64,000 nt of DNA from an uncultured Ignavibacteria bacterium. GTDB lineage: Bacteria > Bacteroidota > Ignavibacteria > UBA10030 > SZUA-254. Under the pieces are notes generated by a model. The model made no database searches, had not been told where the DNA came from, and saw only the letters and a list, made by a program, of their open reading frames with translations. A program made the translations under genes and the position numbers. Position 1 is the first letter of the stretch. Every line of letters starts with the position of its first letter. Below are positions 1 to 8,726 of this stretch, in pieces. The stretch covers positions 14,877-78,876 of the forward strand of contig CAVRTZ010000013.1 in assembly GCA_963724215.1 (NCBI GenBank). The letters run 5' to 3'.

Positions 1-2680
1 CAGGGAGTCAGACACCCTCGAATCAGGGCAAGGATTTTGGATAAAATTTGGTTCTGCAGAAACGGTAATAGTTGGCGGTTTGCAGAATTTCAGTAGCTCG
101 ATCAATCTCCAGACGGGTTGGAATCTCGTCGGTTCAATCTCTACTCCGATCGCGATAGGCAGTGTTCGAACCGTTCCCCGGGGCATTGTTGTGTCGGGCT
201 ATTATTGGTTTCATCCAGATTCTGGGTACAAATCGGTAGACACCTTGAAACCAGGGGTGGGGTATTGGGTGAAGCTGAGCCAATCTGGTTCGATGGTCAT
301 GAATACGACGAATGTACCATGTCTTGGGGCGCCGACGATTACCTATGGTGGGAAAGTATACACCACCACACAGATCGGGGATCAGTGTTGGTTGCAGGAA
401 TATCTTGATCTCGGAACGATGATTCAAGGGAACCAGGAAGCTTCGGATAATGACACCATTGAGAAATATTGCTACCAGAATAATCCCGCCAATTGTTCGA
501 CTTATGGCGCGTACTACCAATGGAATGAAGCGATGGCATACGTTACAGTGAACGGTGCCGGTGGGATTTGCCCGTCTGGTTGGCATCTCCCGACATCTGA
601 AGAATATGAAACCTTAAAGTCGACCGTCGATGGTGATGGAAATAGCTTGAAAGAAGTTGGGCAGGGGACCGCAAGCGGTGCGGGAACAAACACTACGGGA
701 TTCTCCGCGCTCCTTTCGGGTTTCAGCCGATCTAATAGTTTCAATAGTCTCGGTTACTTCACCTACCTATGGACATCCACCGAAGGTGTTGACCCTGGCG
801 TGGACGCCCGCTACCTAGCCCTGCTCAGTACAATAAGTAGAATAGATTTCAACTATGAGGAAAAGAGTACTGGATTCAGTGTCCGCTGCCTCCGTAATGT
901 GGGCGCTCCCCCGAATGCTCCGGCAATCCTCACACCAGCCAATAATGATACAGGGGTGTCCACGTTAGTCCCTCTCGCGTGGTCATGTGACGATCCTGAC
1001 GGCGATGTCCCCAGATATGAGGTTTTCTTCGGAACGGATAACCCACCCGTAGCGAGGGTATACTCGAATATAGATACGACGAACATACTTCACGGCAGGT
1101 TGGATAATAACACGACATATCACTGGCGAATTGTTGCCCACGACGGCCATGGCAATTCCATGTCGGGCCCCATCTGGAGTTTCAGAACGGAAACATTTGG
1201 GGTCCCCTGCCCCGGTACGCCAGTGGTTGATCATGCCGGGAGGTCCTATAATAGCATCAAAATTGGCGATCAATGTTGGTTGAAAGAGAACCTCGACATT
1301 GGGGAGATGATACCGGGCACCGATACCTCTAAGGATAACGGAGTGATCGAAAAGTATTGCTACAACAATGACACTGCAAACTGCACCAGCAATGGTGGAT
1401 TATATTCCTGGAATGAAGCGATGCAATATTCAAGCAGTGTCGGAGGTCAAGGGCTCTGTCCGGATGGATGGCACCTGCCGACGGGGGCCGAATATGATAC
1501 CCTCATCTCAGTTACGAATCTTGACGGTAATTCTTGGAAAGCCATTGGTCAGGGATGGGATGATGGCGCAGGAACAAATACGACCGGTTTCACCGCGTTA
1601 CTCTCGGGTTGGCGCTCCTTTGAGGGGAGCTTTCTCAATTCAGGCTTATTCACCCATTTTTGGAGTTCAACCGGAGACGATGACGCCGGTGTGGATTACG
1701 TGACTCTTTATGCCCACGCCAACAACGTCAGTATTTGGCCCCATTCCATTAGAAGTACCGGGTTTTCCTTGCGATGTATAAAAAACTCAGGCGCTCCTCC
1801 TAATCCACCGTCTACACCCTCCCCCGCAGAGGGTGATACGGCGTCATTCACGTCCGTCATCCTTCAATGGAGTTGTGAGGATCCCGATGGCGATTCGTTA
1901 ATCTACGATCTCTATTTTGGGACAATAAATCCTCCTACTTCGAAAGTGTATTCGAATTTGGAAACTGAGAGTCAGAGCCTTACCGGGCTGACCAATTCCA
2001 CTACCTACTACTGGAGAGTCATCGTTAATGATGGTCACGGTAATTTTACAACAGGCACCACGTGGAGCTTCAGGACGGGGGGACAGTTTGGTCTCCCTTG
2101 TCCAGGTTCACCAACTGTGGATTATGCGGGTAGAACATACAACACCGTCCAAATCGGTGATCAATGTTGGTTGAGGGAAAATCTCGATGTCGGGGCGATG
2201 ATCCCGGGCGCATATCTTACGTTCGATGAGGGGGTACTCGAGAAATACTGCTATGATGACGATCCGGCAAACTGTACTGCCTACGGTGCTCTTTACTTGT
2301 GGGGTGAGGCCATGAAATATAGTAATGCGCCGGGTGCCCAGGGGATCTGTCCGACAGGTTGGCACATACCAACGTTAGAGGAATTCGATTCTGTACGCTC
2401 AGTGGTGATGTACGATGGGAATGCTTTGAAAGCACTGGGCCAAGGAACCGGGGTTGGATCAGGAACGAACACGAGTGGATTCACAGCATTGATCGCAGGA
2501 AGACGAGACAACTTCGGCTACTTTCTGGAATTTGGTCAGCACAGCGAATTCTGGAGTTCGACGAAAGTCGATTTGGAGGGGGCTCACAGCGTAGGCTTGG
2601 ATCAATTAGATGGCGAGATTTCTGTCACTAATCACGACTTCAACTATTTCGGATTCAGTGTGCGCTGTATAAAAGATTAA
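1..2680 (+). CDS. Secreted surface protein, 5'-partial: N-terminal GWN/GYWxK module followed by 3 x (FISUMP domain + Fn3-like linker)
   Basis: The frame of ORF 80..2680 stays open back to nt 2 (..SDTLESGQGFWIKFGSAETV..), so the gene starts upstream of the window. Three copies of GDQCWLxENLD..EKYCYxNDxANC..YGxLYxWxEAM..CPxGWH[LI]PT..GFS[VL]RC[LI][RK] match the Fibrobacter succinogenes major paralogous (TIGR02145-type) pattern as I remember it. They alternate with Fn3-like segments (L.WSCxDPDGDxxxYxxxFGTxNPP..YxWR..DGHGN). Confidence 0.8.
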   Translation, partial: RESDTLESGQGFWIKFGSAETVIVGGLQNFSSSINLQTGWNLVGSISTPIAIGSVRTVPRGIVVSGYYWFHPDSGYKSVDTLKPGVGYWVKLSQSGSMVMNTTNVPCLGAPTITYGGKVYTTTQIGDQCWLQEYLDLGTMIQGNQEASDNDTIEKYCYQNNPANCSTYGAYYQWNEAMAYVTVNGAGGICPSGWHLPTSEEYETLKSTVDGDGNSLKEVGQGTASGAGTNTTGFSALLSGFSRSNSFNSLGYFTYLWTSTEGVDPGVDARYLALLSTISRIDFNYEEKSTGFSVRCLRNVGAPPNAPAILTPANNDTGVSTLVPLAWSCDDPDGDVPRYEVFFGTDNPPVARVYSNIDTTNILHGRLDNNTTYHWRIVAHDGHGNSMSGPIWSFRTETFGVPCPGTPVVDHAGRSYNSIKIGDQCWLKENLDIGEMIPGTDTSKDNGVIEKYCYNNDTANCTSNGGLYSWNEAMQYSSSVGGQGLCPDGWHLPTGAEYDTLISVTNLDGNSWKAIGQGWDDGAGTNTTGFTALLSGWRSFEGSFLNSGLFTHFWSSTGDDDAGVDYVTLYAHANNVSIWPHSIRSTGFSLRCIKNSGAPPNPPSTPSPAEGDTASFTSVILQWSCEDPDGDSLIYDLYFGTINPPTSKVYSNLETESQSLTGLTNSTTYYWRVIVNDGHGNFTTGTTWSFRTGGQFGLPCPGSPTVDYAGRTYNTVQIGDQCWLRENLDVGAMIPGAYLTFDEGVLEKYCYDDDPANCTAYGALYLWGEAMKYSNAPGAQGICPTGWHIPTLEEFDSVRSVVMYDGNALKALGQGTGVGSGTNTSGFTALIAGRRDNFGYFLEFGQHSEFWSSTKVDLEGAHSVGLDQLDGEISVTNHDFNYFGFSVRCIKD

Positions 2681-2886
2681 AATGGTCGATCAGACCGCCG
2701 AATTCCCAAAGGCAGGGATAATCCTTCCCCCGACAAAATACTGTCCGAAAACACAGACCGTTGTTCGTGCGCATCAGTGTGGAACGCTGATGGGATCCCA
2801 CAAATATCTGAATCAGTGTGTTTTATTTTGGGTTCTGTTAACTGTCGTGTTAACACCGGGTCCTCACTGCACCCCCCTGAAATCGC

Positions 2887-3773
2887 TCAGGAATTATCTT
2901 CTTCAATATTTAAATCTGCCGGATAAAACAATCTCCATTCCTTGTCAAATACTGCTTCCTTCATTCCATGAGTTAGGTAAAAATCATAACTGAGGCCTAA
3001 TCTTTTTAATGGTTGTAGCTCGGCGGGAGAAAATATTCCAGTCCTTGTGAGATAAAACCCAATCGCTTGATGATACGGATACGCATAATCCAATTTAATG
3101 AGATATTCCGTCAGCTTGGTCATTGATATTCGTTTGCCGACACTCTTGTACGATTGGAATACATTCATCGATCCATTTGCGTAGGCTGGCCTCACAGTGA
3201 TATCTATAAGAGTTCTTTCGAGGTCGGTGTGTCGATGGATTGTCCGGTTCCGCCAAGCGTATCAACCACACCAAGTTGACCAGTATATTTCCCATTCAGC
3301 AATCTTACCTGGTAACCATCATACCCAAAAAAGCTTTTCGATTGGCGTTGCTGTGATTGGAAGGCTCGATCGATGTTAGCTTGATGGAGACTATTATCCT
3401 GTCTATTTTTTGGAGCTTGCTCTACATTTACATATACAATCTTGGGATTATCAATAGTACCATTAAGGTACAATGCGGTGAGGTGGGTGAAATAGGCTTT
3501 CGGTTTAAGTAGTATTGCCAGGTCGAGCACATTAGGGTGGTTCCATATATATCGTTTTTCGATCCTAACCCCTAATTGAAGTGTGATCAAGCCCAATAAG
3601 TTATTAGTGATCAGAAAGTCGATTATTCTGCGAATTGAGGATTTATTAGGTATTCGAAGGGTAAAGCGGTTAGATGAAAATAAAGACTTTAATTCTGTAT
3701 ATGTGAATATCTGTTTACCCTGGGCCTGGAGTAGGTTTATTAGAGAAGCTCTTTGCTGCTTGGTCATCTTCAA
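2887..3773 (-). pseudogene. AbiEi-family (type IV TA antitoxin-like, wHTH + AbiEi C-terminal domain) gene, split by one frameshift as assembled
   Basis: ORFs 3204..3773 and 2887..3195 are consecutive on the minus strand. Changing frame at about 3200-3215 reads ..TSKERTLIDITVRPAYANGSMNV.. This restores the S/T-x-ERTLxD..RP motif that I associate with AbiEi-family C-terminal domains. No adjacent AbiEii partner lies on this strand. Confidence 0.55.
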
Positions 3774-3791
3774 TCCCTCATCTCTGTTTGC

Positions 3792-3823
3792 AGTACCATG
3801 ATGTATATATACATCATGGTACT
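3792..3823. promoter_or_regulatory. Perfect 32-bp palindrome, candidate operator directly upstream of the minus-strand AbiEi-like gene
   Basis: agtaccatgatgtata|tatacatcatggtact is its own reverse complement. It lies 19 nt upstream of the ATG at 3773. Confidence 0.5.
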
Positions 3824-3906
3824 GAAACTGTCAATCCACGTCTTAAGGCTATGAAACTCAATAAAATACTCTTAAACGAGTAGAATTCGCGTATTATTTC
3901 ATGCTT

Positions 3907-3983
3907 TACACCCCTTTTACTCTTGAAATTCTGAACCGAATGTTATATAATATTACACTATACTGACCTTTTAGAGGGGTGTA
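3907..3983 (+). promoter_or_regulatory. Candidate abiEi promoter (TTGAAA-17 nt-TATAAT, 3923..3951) bracketed by a 9-bp inverted repeat
   Basis: TACACCCCT (3907..3915) and AGGGGTGTA (3975..3983) are reverse complements. The -35/-10-like hexamers lie between them, and the GTG start of abiEi is at 3986. Confidence 0.4.
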
Positions 3984-3985
3984 TC

Positions 3986-4793
3986 GTGCAAAAATATATA
4001 ACTGAATTAGGGCCAAAAGAAGCTGAATTTCTGTCCATCATGGCGAGTTCTGGTTCTGGGCAATTTGATATTGATCGGGCGATCGGTTATTGGGGTGGAG
4101 ACCGGATCGCATGGAAAAAGCTTCGCCATCTTGTGAAGAAGGGCTGGATATCAAGAATCGAGCGGGGTAAATACATGGTCATCCCTCTCGAAGCAGGGGT
4201 TAATCGCGCTTGGACGGAGGACCCTTATATCATTGCATCCACACTGGTTCAGCCTGCGGTCATTGCCTATTGGAGTGCAATTCGCCATTGGAATTGGACA
4301 GAGCAGATTCCGCGTGTTGTTTATATCCAAACAACCAGTAGGAAAAAGGAATCTGGGCGGGTTGTATTTGGTGTACATTATCAATTTGTCACTGTTACCA
4401 AGCGTAAATATTTTGGATGTATCAAAGAGTGGCTTAATGGGAGGGAGGTGTTGATAACCGACAAGGAAAAGACGCTCCTAGATTGTTCCGATGATGTCGA
4501 TAGGGCTGGGAGTATCGAAGAATTACTGAAGGCGGTTAATGCAGGGGTTCCGGAAATATCTTGGAAGAAATTAGATCAATATGCGCTTCGTTTCCCGAAA
4601 CCGCTCGGCAATGAAACGTCTGGGCTATCTAATCGAGAACTTAGGGATTCCGCTTCCAGAAGAAGCGGTTGAATTACTAAATTCTTGGAGATCTAGATTG
4701 AGTGCAGGCGTAGTTCCTCTCCAACCTGGTGGAAGGCGGGATGGTAAAATAAGCACGAGATGGCGTCTGCGTGTAAATGCGGTACTAAGATGA
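3986..4793 (+). pseudogene. abiEi: AbiEi antitoxin/transcriptional regulator (type IV TA), one frameshift near 4597 as assembled
   Basis: ORF 3986..4672 carries the wHTH part (..LVKKGWISRIERGKYMVIP..) and the core (..ITDKEKTLLDCSDD..). After ..QYALRF the conserved C-terminus NRSAMKRLGYLIENLGIPLPEEAVELL..WRLRVN continues in the frame of ORF 4581..4793. That frame's TGA overlaps the abiEii ATG (ATGA at 4790-4793). Confidence 0.75.
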
Positions 4794-5647
4794 TATCTGC
4801 TGATGAAATACGCCGCATTGCGGGTGCACTCAGTATCGACCCAAGGGTTGTTGATCATGATTATGTGATAGGTTGTTATTTGCATTATCTCGCAATTAAT
4901 TCTGATGTGCAAGAGTCATGGATATTTAAAGGGGGAACATCGTTACAGAAAAGCCATTTTGGCCTTTACCGTTTTTCTGAAGATCTCGATTTTACGTTAA
5001 GGTCTCCACTAACGGCTGATGGTGTTAAATATATTGCTGATCAAGCTAAACACGAACTTCAGCATTCAATCGGCATTCGGACGGATGAGGTCTCCACGCT
5101 TGTTGAGATGATGAATGATGATTATGGGAGAGAGTCGGTTGAGGTACGGATCTATTATCGAGGGCCCGGAGATTACAGAGGCTCCCCTCGATCAGTCCGA
5201 CTTCACCTGAGTGGAGATGAAATCGTGGTTTTCACTCCATTATCCAAAAGAATTATCCACAACTACTCGGATGCGGGCGATCTCCCATCGATTACACTGA
5301 AAACCTACTCACTGGAAGAGGTTCTTGTTGAAAAATTAAGGGCATTTTCTGGACAACGTAAATATGCGATCGCCCGTGATATTTTCGATATTCATTATTT
5401 ACTGACGAAGGGGGTAGATCGTGAGTCCTCGATCAAGGCCTTGAGGGATAAATGTGAATTCAAAGGGATAAAGGTCGACTCGATCAACACTACTTCCGTA
5501 GAATCAAGAAAAGCGGAATTCCGTGTTAGTTGGAATGATTCGCTTGCATATCTCCTTCCAGCCGAACTGAAAACTTCTTTTGACGACGCCTGGGATTCGT
5601 CGACTACCCTGCTTAAGGAAGCGGTGGAATACTATCAATCACACTGA
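4790..5647 (+). CDS. abiEii: AbiEii/AbiGii-family nucleotidyltransferase toxin (type IV TA)
   Basis: The start is taken at the internal ATG 4790 (ORF opens at 4760) because it overlaps the abiEi stop. The N-terminus is MISADEIRRIAGALSIDPRVVDHDYV. The NTase motif is FKGGTSLQK..RFSEDLDF. Confidence 0.8.
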   Translation: MISADEIRRIAGALSIDPRVVDHDYVIGCYLHYLAINSDVQESWIFKGGTSLQKSHFGLYRFSEDLDFTLRSPLTADGVKYIADQAKHELQHSIGIRTDEVSTLVEMMNDDYGRESVEVRIYYRGPGDYRGSPRSVRLHLSGDEIVVFTPLSKRIIHNYSDAGDLPSITLKTYSLEEVLVEKLRAFSGQRKYAIARDIFDIHYLLTKGVDRESSIKALRDKCEFKGIKVDSINTTSVESRKAEFRVSWNDSLAYLLPAELKTSFDDAWDSSTTLLKEAVEYYQSH

Positions 5648-5774
5648 GACATTTACACAGAAGATAGATGAGCCTTTTGAGCTGAGGTGATCATCCGCAT
5701 CGTTCTGCGAATCCGCGTTAATCCGCTGAGTGCAACAGCTATGTTAACAAGCAGCTCTTGCGAGGATATCGTGC

Positions 5775-5987
5775 ATGAAAAAACAGAATCTCAAATTCGA
5801 AGTTATTCCCGGTCGTGAAATGACCCCAGCCGAGGTCGATACGCTCGCGAGGCTTTTAGCTGAATGGTGCCTTCGAGACCTCAAATCAAAGCAGACTGAG
5901 AAAAAGAATCAGGTTAGACCATCGGCAGACCGGGGGGACTTAAAAGTAGGTTATAACCCCATTGCATCGCCCGATGGATCTTCATAG
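5775..5987 (+). CDS. Hypothetical small protein (70 aa)
   Basis: This is the only open frame in the 5.65-6.19 kb gap. No recognisable motif, so coding status is uncertain. Confidence 0.2.
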   Translation: MKKQNLKFEVIPGREMTPAEVDTLARLLAEWCLRDLKSKQTEKKNQVRPSADRGDLKVGYNPIASPDGSS

Positions 5988-6192
5988 CTTTCCGCAAGTC
6001 GATTCCGCCGATACTAACCTCTTGATCGCTCCTCCCTGATCAACTGGATGGTGCAGGCGGGATTTTAGTTTTGAAGGGGGGTGCCCCCCAGCTTCAAGAA
6101 CTGGTGGCTTTTAGTACCCCAGATGGTACCAGACACGTTTAATGAATCCTTAATTACACGTGGCTGTCGCTTCAGTCCTGAACGCGAAATAA

Positions 6193-8334
6193 CTATTTTA
6201 TTAAGACCATTTTCCTCATTACCCTGGAAGACTCGTGAGCAGATGATCTGTCTTGGGCCGTGAACCGGACAAAGTAGATGCCAGACGGGAAATGTGAACC
6301 GTCCCAACTGAACGAGTGTACACCACTGGGATATTCTCCCTTAATGGGTTCATCGATGACCTCCCCCAGAACATTATAAACCTCACAGACCACTCTTGAC
6401 GCCGAAGGAAGATCGAATCGAAAATATGTTATAGGATTAAATGGATTGGGATAGTTGTTCGAAAACGTAAACTCCCGGGGAATTGGAAAGACATCACCAG
6501 GTTGATCTATATCTGTAATCCCACCAGAAGTGGTCGAGAGAATTGTCCCATCTGAACCAGAGATCCAACCTCTGGTGTGATCAATAAAATGAACGCTGGA
6601 CAGCATGCTCCTTGAAGGGTTTGCCTGTTTGGACCAGGAGATACCTCCATTCGTCGTCGATAAGATGCGTCCCGTATGTCCCACGGCCCAGCCGGTCGTA
6701 TTATCGATGAAGAATACTGATACGAGCGCATTGAGGGTACCACTCGTGGCCGACAGCCAGGTTGTCCCACCATTGGATGTTCTGACGATCGTGCCGTTGC
6801 CTCCGACAGCCCACCCGTGTCCCGTATCCGAGAAAAAGATGGATTGAAGGGCTGGCACAAAACCTTGCATTTGCTCCGCCCAACTATTTCCGCCATTCGT
6901 GGTGTGGATAACCCAACCACCGTCACCAGCGGCCCACCCATGTAATGAATCGACAAAATGGACGTCATACAAGTCAAACGGGTCGGGACTGTATTGCTCC
7001 GTCCAGGTGGTGCCACCATCGACCGTCATTCTGATTGATCCCGAGGCTCCCACCACCCATCCCTGCTGTAAGCTCGTAAAATGGATTGCATGAACCAGAC
7101 CGATTCCCGGACTTTGTTGAGACCACGACACGCCGCCGTCGGTGGTCTTGGAAACCGATCCCGATCCCCACCCTCCGACATAACCGGTCAGGCTGTCGAG
7201 GAAATGAAGACAGGACCCGCCCGGAAGGCCGTGATCTGATTCAATCCACTGGGTGCCGTAATCCGTTGTCCTCAGTAGGACCCCATCGGGTCCGGCCGCC
7301 CATCCACGCCCGTCAGCAAACATCTGAATACTCGGTAACTCGGTGGTTGGTCCGTGGGATTGGAGTGTCCACGTGGTGCCCGCATCCGTCGTTCTGATGA
7401 TTGATCCGTTATCTCCTACTGCCCAGCCGGTACTCTCATCAGCGAAACGGATCGAGGTATAATAACCCGAGATCATATCTGACGCAGTGTCCCAGGTAGA
7501 ACCGCCGTCAGTCGTTCCCATAATCAAGCCTGATATCCCCGCCGCCCATCCCCGCAAGGAATCAACAAAATACACCGAACGCATATCTGGAGAAACACCA
7601 TCAGTGTTGCGTTCCCACGTGAGCCCACCATTTGAAGTCCGAAGCGTGGCTGCTATGCCCCATGCCCCGACTACCCAGACTTGATCGGGGCTGATAGCGT
7701 GGAGCGATTGCGGTATTCCGGCCTCAGGGGTAGGTTGGACCTGCCACGTCCCCCCGCTATTGGTGGTGTTGAGAATCCCGCGGCCGTCACCGAGAATCCA
7801 ACCAACAGTTGAACTTCCGAAACAGATTGAGTGAAGGGGGTCGAGACTTCCGATCGATTGCGATGTCCATGACCAACCCCCATCTGTGGTGATGGCGAGC
7901 GTCCCGGAAAGCCCGGTTATCCACCCAGTGTCTTGATTGATGAAAAATAGCGAAGATAGGTCGGGGAACACATTGTACGATTGCGTCGACCATATGACCC
8001 CGGCATTAGTGGTTCTAAGAATGATCCCGCTATCGCCTGCGATCCATCCATTGACCTCATCAACGAAATAAACAGCATTAAACGAGGCAACATACCCTTC
8101 AACGAGAGTGCGTACATCCCAGTCCGTTCCGCTATTGGTTGTATGAATGATGGTGCCAGAGCGGCCAACGGCGAATACGATTTGAGGGTTGATGGGAAAA
8201 ACCGATTTAAGTTGATTCGGCTGAGGTATTGGATTTTGCCATTCCCATCCTGGGCCCCCACTGACGGCATCAGTGATGGGGAGGAGAAGGAGCGGAAAAA
8301 TCCAGAAGCGCTTACCAAGTCGATGTAATTTCAT
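6193..8334 (-). CDS. BNR/Ycf48-like beta-propeller repeat protein with T9SS C-terminal sorting domain
   Basis: Many blades of type [ST]T[ND]GGxxW / TxDGGxTW. A signal-peptide-like MKLHRLGKRFWIFPLLLLPI starts at the internal ATG 8334 (ORF opens at 8403). The C-terminus is [30 protein letters not shown]. Confidence 0.8.
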   Translation of the reverse strand: MKLHRLGKRFWIFPLLLLPITDAVSGGPGWEWQNPIPQPNQLKSVFPINPQIVFAVGRSGTIIHTTNSGTDWDVRTLVEGYVASFNAVYFVDEVNGWIAGDSGIILRTTNAGVIWSTQSYNVFPDLSSLFFINQDTGWITGLSGTLAITTDGGWSWTSQSIGSLDPLHSICFGSSTVGWILGDGRGILNTTNSGGTWQVQPTPEAGIPQSLHAISPDQVWVVGAWGIAATLRTSNGGLTWERNTDGVSPDMRSVYFVDSLRGWAAGISGLIMGTTDGGSTWDTASDMISGYYTSIRFADESTGWAVGDNGSIIRTTDAGTTWTLQSHGPTTELPSIQMFADGRGWAAGPDGVLLRTTDYGTQWIESDHGLPGGSCLHFLDSLTGYVGGWGSGSVSKTTDGGVSWSQQSPGIGLVHAIHFTSLQQGWVVGASGSIRMTVDGGTTWTEQYSPDPFDLYDVHFVDSLHGWAAGDGGWVIHTTNGGNSWAEQMQGFVPALQSIFFSDTGHGWAVGGNGTIVRTSNGGTTWLSATSGTLNALVSVFFIDNTTGWAVGHTGRILSTTNGGISWSKQANPSRSMLSSVHFIDHTRGWISGSDGTILSTTSGGITDIDQPGDVFPIPREFTFSNNYPNPFNPITYFRFDLPSASRVVCEVYNVLGEVIDEPIKGEYPSGVHSFSWDGSHFPSGIYFVRFTAQDRSSAHESSRVMRKMVLIK

Positions 8335-8605
8335 TTCCTTCCAGATCGAAGCTTGGAGTGGGACTAATTGAGAAAGATTGGGAGCGGACCGAAATGAAGG
8401 CAAAGTGTTAATTTGCGAGTTCGAGAATTTCGGGTAATGTACAAATACGAGCGATTGATTTCAATTGTGTTCTCTCCCGAAGGAACACCATATCACCTCC
8501 ACGCCATCAAGATTAAATGCGGTTTTCGACAGAGGGGCGGTGCATGGAGGCATGAAGGCGGGAATCATCGATGCAAGGTGGGGGTGCTTTATTCAATGCA
8601 GTAGC

Positions 8606-8650
8606 ATCAGTCTGCAAAGCTGTTGCTCTATCCAGTTGAGCTACTGACGC
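8606..8650 (-). other. tRNA-like 5' half (acceptor strand, D-arm, anticodon-arm-like hairpin with UGC); no T-arm or 3' acceptor strand
   Basis: The minus strand reads GCGTCAG TA GCTC AACTGGATA GAGC A ACAGC TTTGCAG ACTGA TGC.. The D-arm is canonical and the anticodon stem has only 3 good pairs. The sequence that follows (..CTACTGCATTGAATAAAGCACCCCCACC..) cannot be folded into a T-arm or acceptor end. Confidence 0.35.
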
Positions 8651-8726
8651 GTAAGCAGTTCAAAGATATGAAAAACCGCGCCGATATTCAAGGAAATCAG
8701 CTCACTCCCTCTTTCGACATCGGACT

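Noticed and set aside
2682-2993. 103-aa ORF downstream of the FISUMP gene
   Set aside because: No start context and no motifs. Its 3' end overlaps the end of the convergent AbiEi-like gene. It is probably non-coding.
6071-6097. Hairpin TTGAAGGGGGG-TG-CCCCCCAGCTTCAA as terminator of the BNR gene or of ORF 5775..5987
   Set aside because: No U-tract follows on either strand, and the inner G6/C6 stem leaves only a 2-nt loop. ORFs 6065..6307 and 6081..6263 that cover it look spurious.
8575-8650. A complete tRNA-Ala(UGC) or tRNA-Cys(GCA) gene
   Set aside because: Only the acceptor 5' strand, D-arm and a weak anticodon arm can be drawn on the minus strand. There is no T-arm (no GTTCRANYC-like loop) and no complementary 3' acceptor strand at the right distance. 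The plus-strand reading with a CTGCAAA loop lacks D- and T-arms. It is kept only as a tRNA-like fragment.
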